From Mytilus californianus (Eukaryota), in the NCBI RefSeq assembly GCF_021869535.1, contig NW_026262593.1, forward strand, positions 47,616,001 to 47,680,000: a stretch of DNA of 64,000 nt, given 5' to 3'. The notes beneath the pieces were generated by a model. The model was not told where the DNA came from. It did not search any database and worked only from the letters and a program-made list of their open reading frames with translations. Of this stretch, positions 21,101 through 31,296 are shown one piece after another. Within the stretch, counting starts at the first letter, position 1, and every line of letters begins with the position of its first letter. Position numbers and translations under genes: made by a program.

Positions 21101-24100
21101 TGTGTACAAATTGATTGTAAGAGGTTCGCCTGATAGTGTTTATCTTACTTTGATGTGTTTTGATCGATATTATTTTTTTGTTTTATTAAATCAGTTTTGA
21201 TGATCCCCTAATTAATATGTCATCTATATTCCGTGTATACAAGGAATATGAAGTGTTCATGTTCATATGATAAGGTTATTCAGTGATTATTTTTTTTATT
21301 TTTATTATATTATTCATGTCAGTTTCTCAGAGATGGAATTTAACCTAGCTATTACAAGACATTCAAATTCGAACAGCTTCCAAATTCCATCCTGCAAAAC
21401 ACAGTACAGAAAAGAATCCTATTTTCCAAGAACTATTACCGACTGGAACAAACTACCGGACAACATTGTAAATTGCACTTCAGTAGATTCTTTCAAATCA
21501 TCAATTTCAAAGCATCAATATTAACTCAACTATTACATTATACTTAATTATACAAAGCATTTTTTTTATTTTTTCGTATTTATTAAAGATTGTATATATA
21601 TCAATCTATGTCTTGTTGTAAGTTTCCTCCTGTGACATGATCTTCAATTTGTTGAAGGCGGTCACTATATGGTAGAAGTAGAAGTAGAAGTATATAGGCT
21701 GAAATAATGGTTGAAAATGGAACGTATTTGTCTGATTGGGTTTATCTTATGTTGACCTCAATGTTACAGTTAATTGTTTTATTGATTAGCTAAAAGTTTC
21801 ATGTTAAAGTCAGTATAATAAGAAATAGGATCATCAAATTTGGTTTATCGAATGTAAGTAGTACAATTTTGCCTGACGAAGTTTATCTTAACTAATTTCA
21901 CTTTGAATTTCATGGTTCATTTGATAATTGTAATTATTTTGTGATAATTTATTTCCTTAATCGTTGTGAAAAGTAGTTTAACTGTTTTTTGTTAAAACAT
22001 GCTGTGAGCGGTTTATTTCCCATTTTGACCTATAAGATTTGACCTTTAAATGCTCAATTTGTCGAGATAAAGTTTCATGGTAAGGTACGTTTCTAGGATA
22101 CCACAACAAATAGATCATACAATTTTGAAATATTTTATAAGCCATAGAATGTATTTCTTGCATATAATAAGCGTAAGGTGTACATGTTCAACATACTTTC
22201 AACACAATAGTAAAGCAGGGAAGACACTTCAACATGTCCACTCTTGATTAGAATGTTTTCGGATATAAAATAGAATAACCCATTATCCTCTATATTCTGT
22301 AAAGACGACATTTCATATCATGGATGTGTTGTTGATCTATGTTCCAGTATATAGAGATTGACGGATTATGATTTTACATCCAGCATGAATGTCAGTGTCA
22401 TGATTGCCGTAGATAATGTACTGTACATTTCGATTTTTTAGCGTGTATTTATTATTGTCGTTTTTGAAGAATGAATATATATACATATTTAAATATTGTT
22501 TGTTTTCAGTAAATGTAATATGCTCTTCAACTTCGTACTTTATTTGGCCTTTTTAACGTTTTTGTTCGAGCGTCCCCTGGTGAGTCTTTTGTAGACCAAA
22601 CCGCGCGTCTGGCGTACAAAATTTCAATCCTGGTATCTATGATGAGTTTATTTGAATATAAATAATGAAATATATAAGAATGACACATATATAACATTTT
22701 GGTTGCTGACAATACAAAGTAATAAAATCATGCAGAACATTTTATGAAGAACTATGTTATCCAAATGTTTGGCACTGCTAAAATAAAACATTATGCGAGT
22801 AACTTTTTAAAGTTTTGTTGATGATATCAGTCATCATATTACACTTGTAGATTCCACTGTTATCCACAATAGAGAAACTAGCATAAATGCATGCAAAACG
22901 CAGGTGTAAGCCGTGATGTATCATATATGATGTGTTATCAGATTTCTGAATTGACTGGCTATTGGAAAATGAATCCTATGACTAGAGAAATTGGCCTTAA
23001 CGTTTTTCTGATCGTGTCAATGTTGAAATGTCTGAAACTTTCGAGGATTTTACTTATATTGCAAATATCGCCTTTGCGTTTATTTCAGTAATGTTTACAC
23101 ATATCACATGTAATCAATCCATTAATATTATGGCACTCATCAGGCAAATCGATATTTAGTAGATGTACACTTAAAGTTTTAATATTGCTTATGGAAATTC
23201 AGTTTATAGCCGCGACAAACATAAACTGACATCTTGCAAAATGACGAACCTAACTGAATGTGCAGCTGTGGGTATGATTTAAATATCGCCTTTAGTTATG
23301 CTCACATATTTCATATGAAATCAATCTACTACTGTTTATTCATTTTGGAAACAAATCATTGGTTATTAGTTGCACACTATAAAATAACAATCACTAAATG
23401 AAATTTAAAATTAGAATTCATTATTATTTTTGGAGTACTTGTATTAATAAATCTTCTGGGTATAAATAAACAGCAAATATGAACGTTCCACGAAAACACA
23501 TTTCATGTTAATCTCAATATAGAAGGGTTTAACTTTGTTCATCAAGTATCCACAAAAATTACTTGTTTCCCCTTTATATTGGATATTTGGTTACCCTGAA
23601 GAGGAAAAAATGAATTCATACTCGTATGTTCTCCACTATTCATGTTGTTTTTCGTAAATATTATCTATTGCTATTTTGATCGTAGAGAACATATTTATTA
23701 TGAATGCTGTAGTGTGCTATTTGAACAATACCATGTGTGCAACAATGTAGCATTTTAGGTTTACATATATGTTTGTAAGGAAACATTTCATTCAAATAAA
23801 ACAAATCAATAATAATAACAATTTTTAAGATATTTTTGTTGCAGAAGATTAAAGAGTTCTTGAAAGGAAAATTAGATGAGATAGACAAAAATCAGTCTTC
23901 CAAGTATGACAGTCTATGTATAATGGTTTTATCTGGGAAATTTGACTGTGAAGCTGGAGTAATTTATGATTGCAATGGGAAAGCTGTTCAAAGAAATGCA
24001 ATTTTAGAAATCATTAGAGGCTGTCATCATTTTGAAGGGAAACCGAAAATAGTTTTTGTCCAAACCTACAATTTTCAAGGTATTTATTTTTTGAAATTGT

Positions 24101-27100
24101 TGTACTTGACAACTTAAGGAATGAATAACGACTTAGAAACAAACTAAAGAATATTGGAAATAGCTAATGTTCAATTTTTCTTTTCGATAACCATTTGATA
24201 TTTTGAGGAGTAAAAATGTTATTATACCGGTAAATGGTTTATGTCTCGAAACTGTTTAAATGTATGTGATAGACATCCAAACTGACAATTAACTGAATTA
24301 ATTGATAAATGAAAACAACTTCAATTTTAAATGATAAGCAGTCAATCCAATTGTTTTTGTAGATGAAAAAAACCAAGGCAACAAGGATTTCTCTAAATGA
24401 AAAGTTCAAAATATGAACATTATTTGATGTATTAAATACACCAACAATCTTGCCAACAAAGCTTAGTTCACTGTTTAAACTCAAAGTTGTCAGAGCTTAA
24501 GCTGTATCTATGGAATCCCTAACCCTATTCAGTGACTAAAGGAGTTTTGAAAGGAATAGACATGTTTGACCTATATTGGTTTACTTTTATAAATTTTGAC
24601 TTGGATGGAGAGTTGTCTCATTGGCACTCATACCACATCTTCATATAACTATGTGTTGAAGTGTAAAGTATGTTTTTGTTATGGTATAGCTACTATAGTT
24701 ACAAGTGTTTTCCCTGACCGAAACTATCACACAAATCCTTATAATGGTTATACCCTTGAATGACAATGTTTGACTAATTTATCATTTCTATTATTTTAGC
24801 GTGCAAACTATAAAGGAAAAAAGAAATAAAAAACTGGTCAACAATACAAAATATAGAAATATTATATTACTGAAGCCAGCAATTGACTCTTAATATGAGT
24901 CTTTGAATGACTCAAACCCTCAATCGACCGCATAGGAATTATTTGCCAAAACTTATTTTTTTCTGCATTCTGCAATTTTAAGTAATTGCACTACATAATA
25001 TACCAAGAGTTAGATTATGACTGAAGCCATGAATTTACTCCTTATAGGACTAATTGACCAAAAAGACTCTTTTTTCCAATAGTGGCGCTTCAACCAATCA
25101 AAAATAAATAATTCCATAAAAAAACTATTACTTGATTGAAAGGAGAGAGTTCGACCTACACAGTTTCCATTCCATACAAATATATTATTGCATCGTTTCA
25201 ATTTTATGCAAAAGGCCTGAAATTTTGTTTAGTGGGTTGTTAAAAGTAATATGTATCTTGTAATATGTAAGGGCTTTTCAAACTACCGTACACTATCGCC
25301 CATCGTCTTTCAGATATTTCAAATTAGTGGTTAACACGACAACCATGGAATTTATTGTTTTGTTGTTTAAAAGCTGTCTCATTGAAATATACTCAAAAAT
25401 ATTTTTCTTGAAATAAACATGACAAATTATATACACTATACATGAATGTTTTAGTTATATATTAAATTGAAATAGAAAGGGTTTATATGGTATCCTGATT
25501 TAAAAGTCTGTATATCGTATGCATGTATTCATAAGCGATTATATTTGATTTCAGAGAAAAGCAAAGGTTTTGATTCGTCGGATTCTAAATATGACATAAT
25601 AAAGAATGGTAAATCTAACACAGATGATGTATTTGTCGTGTCAAATTATCCAAGAATAGGTAATTCTGTTTTTTATTTTTTTTTTTGCTTGCATTCCATT
25701 TAGGACAAAACGTTATAGATTATTCTTTTTGGACAGAACGTTATAGCAATCATTTCATCACTGATTAGAACATGTAGAAATTAAGTCAAATGAAGAAATC
25801 AGATGTCTATTTTAACTGGTTTATGTTTTGATTCACCGTTAGATCACAACTGCGCAAACATATAATATTATTCGAGTGAGTTTCAAATAAATATATGCAA
25901 ACCCCAATATCACATAGTGATAAAAAAAATCCGGCTTTTTTTAGTACATATTTGTTATTCGATATTTTGTAATAATTAGTACGGATGTTTCAATTGTCGT
26001 AACCACAATCCCGTCGTTTTTTCCTCGAATGTGACCTACCAAATTACACTTATCATCAGGTTTGTACTTGTATGAGCAACACTACGGGTGACATATGTGG
26101 AGTAGGATCTGTTTACCCTTGTGGAGCACCTGAGATCATTCCCGGTGTTTGATGGGGTTTGTGTTGTTCAGTCTTTATTTTTATCTTGTGTTTTTGTTGA
26201 CTGTTTTGTTTTGTTTTTCCATGGCATTGTCAGTTCGTTTTCGACTTGTGACTTTTTCTATCCCTTCTTATCGTCCACCTTTCTTTGATATTCCATATCT
26301 TGTATTCTAGTCATTTTCTGTAAATTTTCTGTTGATAAATTTTTAATTATCGAAAATACTAAGGGTTTTTCTACCTCCAGGCATGTATGGCCTATTCCGT
26401 ATTTGGCAAAACTTTTCTGAATTTTTGGTTTACAACTTTGTATTGATTATGGCCTTCCAACCGTTTTGATTCGAGACACTGATAAGCTTTACTTAGACGA
26501 AAAGCACGTCTGGATTTTGGATGAGTTTTTAGTATCACTCAATTTGATGCCAATGTTGATGGAAGTTTCGGCTCCGAGGGTATCACCAATATAGTAGTCA
26601 GAATCTCTGTGTTGACATGAAATATCAATGATTAGGTCATGTTCTGTAAATTCTCTGTTGATAATTTTCAGTTATCGACAATCCTCACGTTTTCTACACC
26701 CAGACATGGATGGTCTTACCCGTTATTGTCACAACTTTTCGGAATAATTGGTACAACATGCTCTTCAAATTCATATATGTTTGGGCCTTTCTAATGATTT
26801 GAGCGCCCCTGATAAGACGAAATGTGCGTCTGACGTTATAAGTTTTTTGGTCTTTTTTTCTTTTTGAGCCTTGGTGTTGTCAGTTTATTTTCGACTTATG
26901 ATTTTGAATGTCCCTTTCGTATCTTTCACCTCTCTTGTATAAGCCTGTTTTGTTTTTTGTATACCTAATTTTCATAGTGCATTGATTTATAGTACTCTTT
27001 GCGATTATGGTATGCCCTTTTAAAATAAACTATACAAATAGTCGATTATTTTGGGTGCTGAATTCATCTAATATAATTGCTTAATACTAAGTCTGAGTTC

Positions 27101-30100
27101 TAATAAAAAATGGGATGTCACATCCTATTTTTTACGGCGATGTTGTTATAAAGCCCGTAAATTTGGATACGATCCATGTTAACTGAACAAACTCATTCAT
27201 AAAAGTTATAAATTTAACACAGTAGTAAAATTTTTAGATATTGTTTTCATTTGTACTAATTTTGATTTTTTTTTTTTTTTTTAATTAAAACATAACTATA
27301 TATATATTGCTATATACATGTATGTACAAAGTTGAGAACTCATTATCCTACATCATGTCGATATTGTTTGCTCATAATTTGGAATTGCACTAGGTCAATG
27401 ACGTCTTTATACTAAATCCGTTGGATGTGTACTGAATGATTTAGTCTGGGAGAACATGATTTATTTCTTAGTTGTTATTGTCTTTAAACTAGCTTTCAGT
27501 AACTGCGAGTACTCTTACTTTACTGTATGAGTATTTCTCATTTTACGGTTGCCTATGTTTGCTTATGTCCACATTTTTGGAACACTCGTGGATAGTTGTC
27601 TCATTGGCAATCATACCACATCTGTTTATTTTTATACACATGTTCCGGACCATATGAGTATTTGGTCTTATGGTCGGGGTAATTAACACGTTTACTTTTA
27701 ATACTTGACCCTTCTAGTTGTCACGTCATTAAAAAGAAGCTATCAAAGGCCATTTTATTTTACGTGTAATTATTATAATTATTACAAGATTAATTAAATA
27801 AAAAGAATCAGTTTAACCCAGTTAATTTTACTCACTAGTCAAAACTATAGTAAACACATTTCATACCTATGGTCATTACCGATTTGTCATTACGAATGAA
27901 TGGCAATATGTCGACTTGGGAAGATAACTTTCAAAAATATCTTTATGAACTGTTAAACAAGAAGTCAACTATTTTACTAACTGATGAAACAGTCTACAGG
28001 ATAAAGAGTCTATTAATTGACACTAGAGAAGGACAGAAAACAGATACACCCAGATTAGGATGTGCAAATGCAGAAAAGCTATGGTACCGTGTGGAAGTGA
28101 ATGTCACCCTAAGCATGCATGCAAACATAAAATTAGTGATGGAAACTAACTGTGGCATTAATATTTAACGTTTATGTAGCCCTTGGATGATAAAATAATA
28201 CATGTTCATGTTACCATCATTGTTTTGCTTTTTTAAAGTAAAGTTTATTGTATTATCGAAACGTTTCTAATGAATATTTGAAAAATATTTATATAGTCCA
28301 AATACTCATATGGTCCGGCCATTTAATAACCAAACGAGTACATACTCATATGGTCCGGAACATACACAATACAAATTAAAAAAATACTAGTATGCATTTA
28401 GCGTTATGTGAAAGAAAATAAACCCATCATCTTAATATCTCATCCCGGCACTACGACACTAGAAAAAGTGTCATTCCTTCATCATAAGGGATTCTGAGAA
28501 AAAATTGTTTACTTGATTTATCAATGACCACAGTTAGGTGTTCACTACAATGTATGTCACAAATTTGATATTTTAATATCTCTCAAATCTGGTGGCATCG
28601 CCGACTTCAAAACGAGAAATATTGAATCAAAGTTTAATCTCGTACTCTTACCTGATGGTTTATCATGTAGGGGATAGTTAACTTCGTTTACTGTACGGAT
28701 CCAAAAATAAGACATAAGTTTTGTTTATGGTATGACACATCAGATTTGCAAAGATTTAAGCCTCATGAAAATAAAACCTTAAGTTTTCCTAATTCTGTTT
28801 GAGTAATTTTCTTTAACTAATGCGAATGCCTCAAACCTAACCGATTAAACGTGTTTACCTTTTACGATCAATAACAACGGTTTCATAATATGACATATTA
28901 CTTTGCAAAAAAAATTAAAAAAAAAAGATAATGTTTTCAGAACAAGGTCCATGGATACTTGGCGAAAACATGAGTGGATCATACTTCATTCAGGCACTTA
29001 TCCATGTCTTCAAGAACTTTGCATGTGAAAAGTCATTTATGGAATTATTAAAAGAGGTAAAGTATTAAATAAATACATGCTACGAATATGTAAAAAGAAT
29101 TAAGACATATTAGGTTTGTGATTATATTAGCTTTAATAATTGTTTTGCCATGCCAGTATGAGGGTTTCATGGAGTTGCCTGCGAAGTGTTTCATATCAAT
29201 TACCTGTATTGTTGGAGCAAGCATGCTTGAATTGTTAAAAAAAAGATGTAAAAGACACACAAAAAAGACAAAAGTTTTAAAATAAGCGATATCATTTTGT
29301 AATGATGGTAGGTTGTCTTCATTTGAAATAACACCTACCTCTCTTTGATGGTAACAAGAACAAGGTCAAACTGTGTCTTTTTCCCTTAATGTGGGACATT
29401 ATACCAAACTCTCATTCTAAGAACTATTTAATACATATAAGAGATGATCTGCATTATTACGTATCAAAACCACTTGTTGAGGTAGAGTTCAAGTTACTCC
29501 TAATGAATAATGATAAATATGTAATGCCAATGTTATTGTTAACTACATAAACAAGTATCTTGTTTCTGCTTTTGAATAGTATATTTTTTTCTCATTATAC
29601 TCAGTCCTTGAAATGTTACTCATCACCAGTCACAGCTGTTAGATATATTTTGTGTAATCCTAATTGAGATAAATACTTAAGTGTTTAACAACAATGTGTC
29701 TCAAATAAGTAATATCAGTTTTGTTATAGTATCTATAACAGGAAATATTTACAGATATCAATTTATACATACATTTTAAAATAAAGATACAAGACAAATC
29801 TTCAACAAAAGTGTTGGACAAAATTAAAGTTAATGATTGATTGATGTTTGCTTACCGTCAAGTGGCCAATATTTCATGCATATTCAGGACGAGAACAAAT
29901 AAACAATACAAACAATACTAGTGAATAGGTCCTGTCATAGAGCTGTCAGGGTTGAAGGTCGAGGAAATTTGGATTGCCAACTGGAAATTGAGGTAAATTG
30001 GATAGGGACAGAAATGTAGGCCTGTAACAGGTCACATCCGAACTCCACCTCATCTCCCTCAAGAGTTGTTGCAAGAATTTTAAAAGTGCAGAGAGCGTGG

Positions 30101-31023
30101 CACTGTCTCTACAGGATGCATCGAATTGAACGTCCGCATTTTGACTGGGCATGGCTGCGTACTTTTCATCATACACAGCCAAACATTTGCCCCACTTTAG
30201 CAAGGGTTTTATTGCCGGTCGGAAGATGACCAAAGTGGCTATATTTCTACTCAACGGTCACCCTTAGGAACTCAAGTTAATTAATTGATTCACGAAATTC
30301 AATATGGTAAAAGTAAGTGTAAGTTAAATTACATTTAGGATAAGATAACACATATATTTCTCTCGGTACATCAGATAACTGAATAAGTCTAATATACTAA
30401 TTTTCATACGGATGATTGACTGTAAACCAAATTTTTTGCGATCGCTTTATTTTCGCGGGTATATAATAACGCGAATTTAAATCGTGGCGAATATGTAAAA
30501 CTAGGATCGTCCCTTATCTAAATACATCAAGTAAATTTGAAAATCGCGAAATTAAATCGCCGTGAAGTGGTATAGAAAGGGCTAAACGCGAAATAAAGTT
30601 TGTTTAATGTATATAGATATCAGATTTATCAAGCATGATTTCCTGTACATAAAACATTTGCTGATGAAAAATCTAAGATCAAAGATGCACTTGATACTCT
30701 TAGGGCTGAAGCTGAGACAGATGTATGAATTTATGAGTTTAGATGTTCCTTTTTTCATTCGAAGGTATTAACTTTACAATTGACCTTTACAGGCAAACAT
30801 GTGTCTGGCCCATGCTGTAGTACCAAAGCAGACAACAGAGGGGAATAAAAAAGTGACAATAGAGAGGAAAACTGTTGCACAAATTGTCCTTTTGGAATAT
30901 TGTGAGGGAGCACAGCTTTACTTTTTCCCAGGACTTGATGTAACACCTATTCAAAAAGGCTTGGAAAATAAAGATGTATCTGAATCAGGAAAACCAGTGC
31001 GTGCAGAATCAAACCCTCAGTAG
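15046..31023 (+). CDS. Caspase-2-like pseudo-caspase, paralogue 2: join(15046..15149,16143..16343,23845..24079,25555..25659,28941..29056,30793..31023); start codon uncertain
   Basis: Six GT-AG exons form one open frame with the same intron phases as paralogue 1. Landmarks: LDFYNK..IYPLTNGYKRGKCILISNVH, DSLCIMVLSGK, GKPKIVFVQTYNF, DDVFVVS, GSYFIQAL and LYFFPG. Catalytic His and Cys are absent. Confidence 0.85.
16143..16343 (+). CDS. Paralogue 2 exon A
   Basis: TTTTCTTTTAAG acceptor and GAG|GTATTG donor; phase 0-0. Encodes IYPLTNGYKRGKCILISNVHC...DFDLTNIGQLLKFIGYDFDQIKNFTNE. Confidence 0.88.
17918..18809 (+). repeat. Near-perfect 446-bp tandem duplication built from two opposed repeat fragments
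   Basis: Units 17918-18363 and 18364-18809; I found one substitution (GTTATTAAT vs GTTATAAAT). Confidence 0.93.
18815..19275 (+). mobile_element. HINE/pearl-like element remnant
   Basis: Two CATGAAA(A)TGAGGTC units, a GCCGCCGCC short repeat and a terminal TCGCA...TGCGA stem. Confidence 0.5.
21345..21692 (+). mobile_element. 5'-truncated CR1/L2-group LINE 3' end
   Basis: ORF 21267-21524 ends ...RKESYFPRTITDWNKLPDNIV, the typical SFFPRTIxxWNxLP C-terminus of these RTs; the 3' tail is a (GTAGAA)n repeat at ~21672-21691. Confidence 0.8.
22500..22655 (+). repeat. Dispersed repeat family C
   Basis: GCTCTTCAACTTCGTACTTT...GAGCGTC..(C/G)GTGAGTCTTTTGTAGAC motif; decayed copies at ~26300-26840, ~36160-36365, ~36620-36835 and ~43960-44045. 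Confidence 0.7.
23845..24079 (+). CDS. Paralogue 2 exon B (degenerate catalytic region)
   Basis: TTTTTGTTGCAG acceptor and GTATTT donor; phase 0-1. Encodes ...YDSLCIMVLSGKFDCEAGVIYDCNG...GKPKIVFVQTYNFQ. Confidence 0.9.
25555..25659 (+). CDS. Paralogue 2 exon C (linker and start of small subunit)
   Basis: TTTCAG acceptor and GTAATT donor; phase 1-1. Encodes EKSKGFDSSDSKYDIIKNGKSNTDDVFVVSNYPRI. Confidence 0.82.
25985..26290 (+). repeat. Dispersed SINE-like repeat family D
   Basis: Core AAC(A)C..CGGGTG...GGA(G/A)CACCTGAG is shared with ~60045-60290. Confidence 0.6.
27641..28362 (+). mobile_element. 722-bp TIR element with TG...CA termini and an internal transposase-like ORF remnant
   Basis: Perfect 20-bp TIR TGTTCCGGACCATATGAGTA (27641-27660 / 28343-28362), with TACACA on both flanks (27635-27640, 28363-28368). 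Contains ORF 27869-28168. Confidence 0.8.
28941..29056 (+). CDS. Paralogue 2 exon D
   Basis: TTTTCAG acceptor and GAG|GTAAAG donor; 116 nt like its paralogue. Encodes EQGPWILGENMSGSYFIQALIHVFKNFACEKSFMELLKE. Confidence 0.9.
29835..30268 (-). mobile_element. SINE-like dispersed repeat family E
   Basis: (CAAT)n-type tail on the minus strand; a colinear decayed copy lies at 38265-38660. Confidence 0.6.
30793..31023 (+). CDS. Paralogue 2 exon E (LYFFPG, stop)
   Basis: CCTTTACAG acceptor, phase 0. Encodes ANMCLAHAVV...RKTVAQIVLLEYCEGAQLYFFPG...NPQ, with TAG at 31021-31023. Confidence 0.85.
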   Translation, partial: ANMCLAHAVVPKQTTEGNKKVTIERKTVAQIVLLEYCEGAQLYFFPGLDVTPIQKGLENKDVSESGKPVRAESNPQ

Positions 31024-31296
31024 CTATAACCACCAGTTCGTGATTAGAAAATTTGTAGAACATACTTTCTGTAACTAAATGGAGCTAACCTTTAACTCAC
31101 TGGGATTGCCAAAAATAGTAAAATTATGAAATCCTTTCAAAATTTGTTAAAAATGCTGAAAGTGGCGTAAAAACACAAACAATCAATCAATCAATACATT
31201 TTGTCTCGATTTTCATATACATGGTTGTTGCAAATATGTGCACATATCGTCGTCATTATACATACATGTTACAAATTGAAGCATAATATTTTAAGT

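Noticed and set aside
22841-22864. Minus-strand DNSGIYKC resembling an immunoglobulin D-x-G-x-Y-x-C motif
   Set aside because: Imperfect motif, with no upstream Cys/Trp of an Ig fold and no convincing splice sites.
5552-24079. Calling the pseudo-caspases cFLIP orthologues because of the shared Cys-to-Tyr change
   Set aside because: TGC to TAC is a single transition and easily convergent. The His replacement differs (Gly here, Arg in cFLIP), no DED exons are visible, and the remaining sequence looks caspase-2-like.
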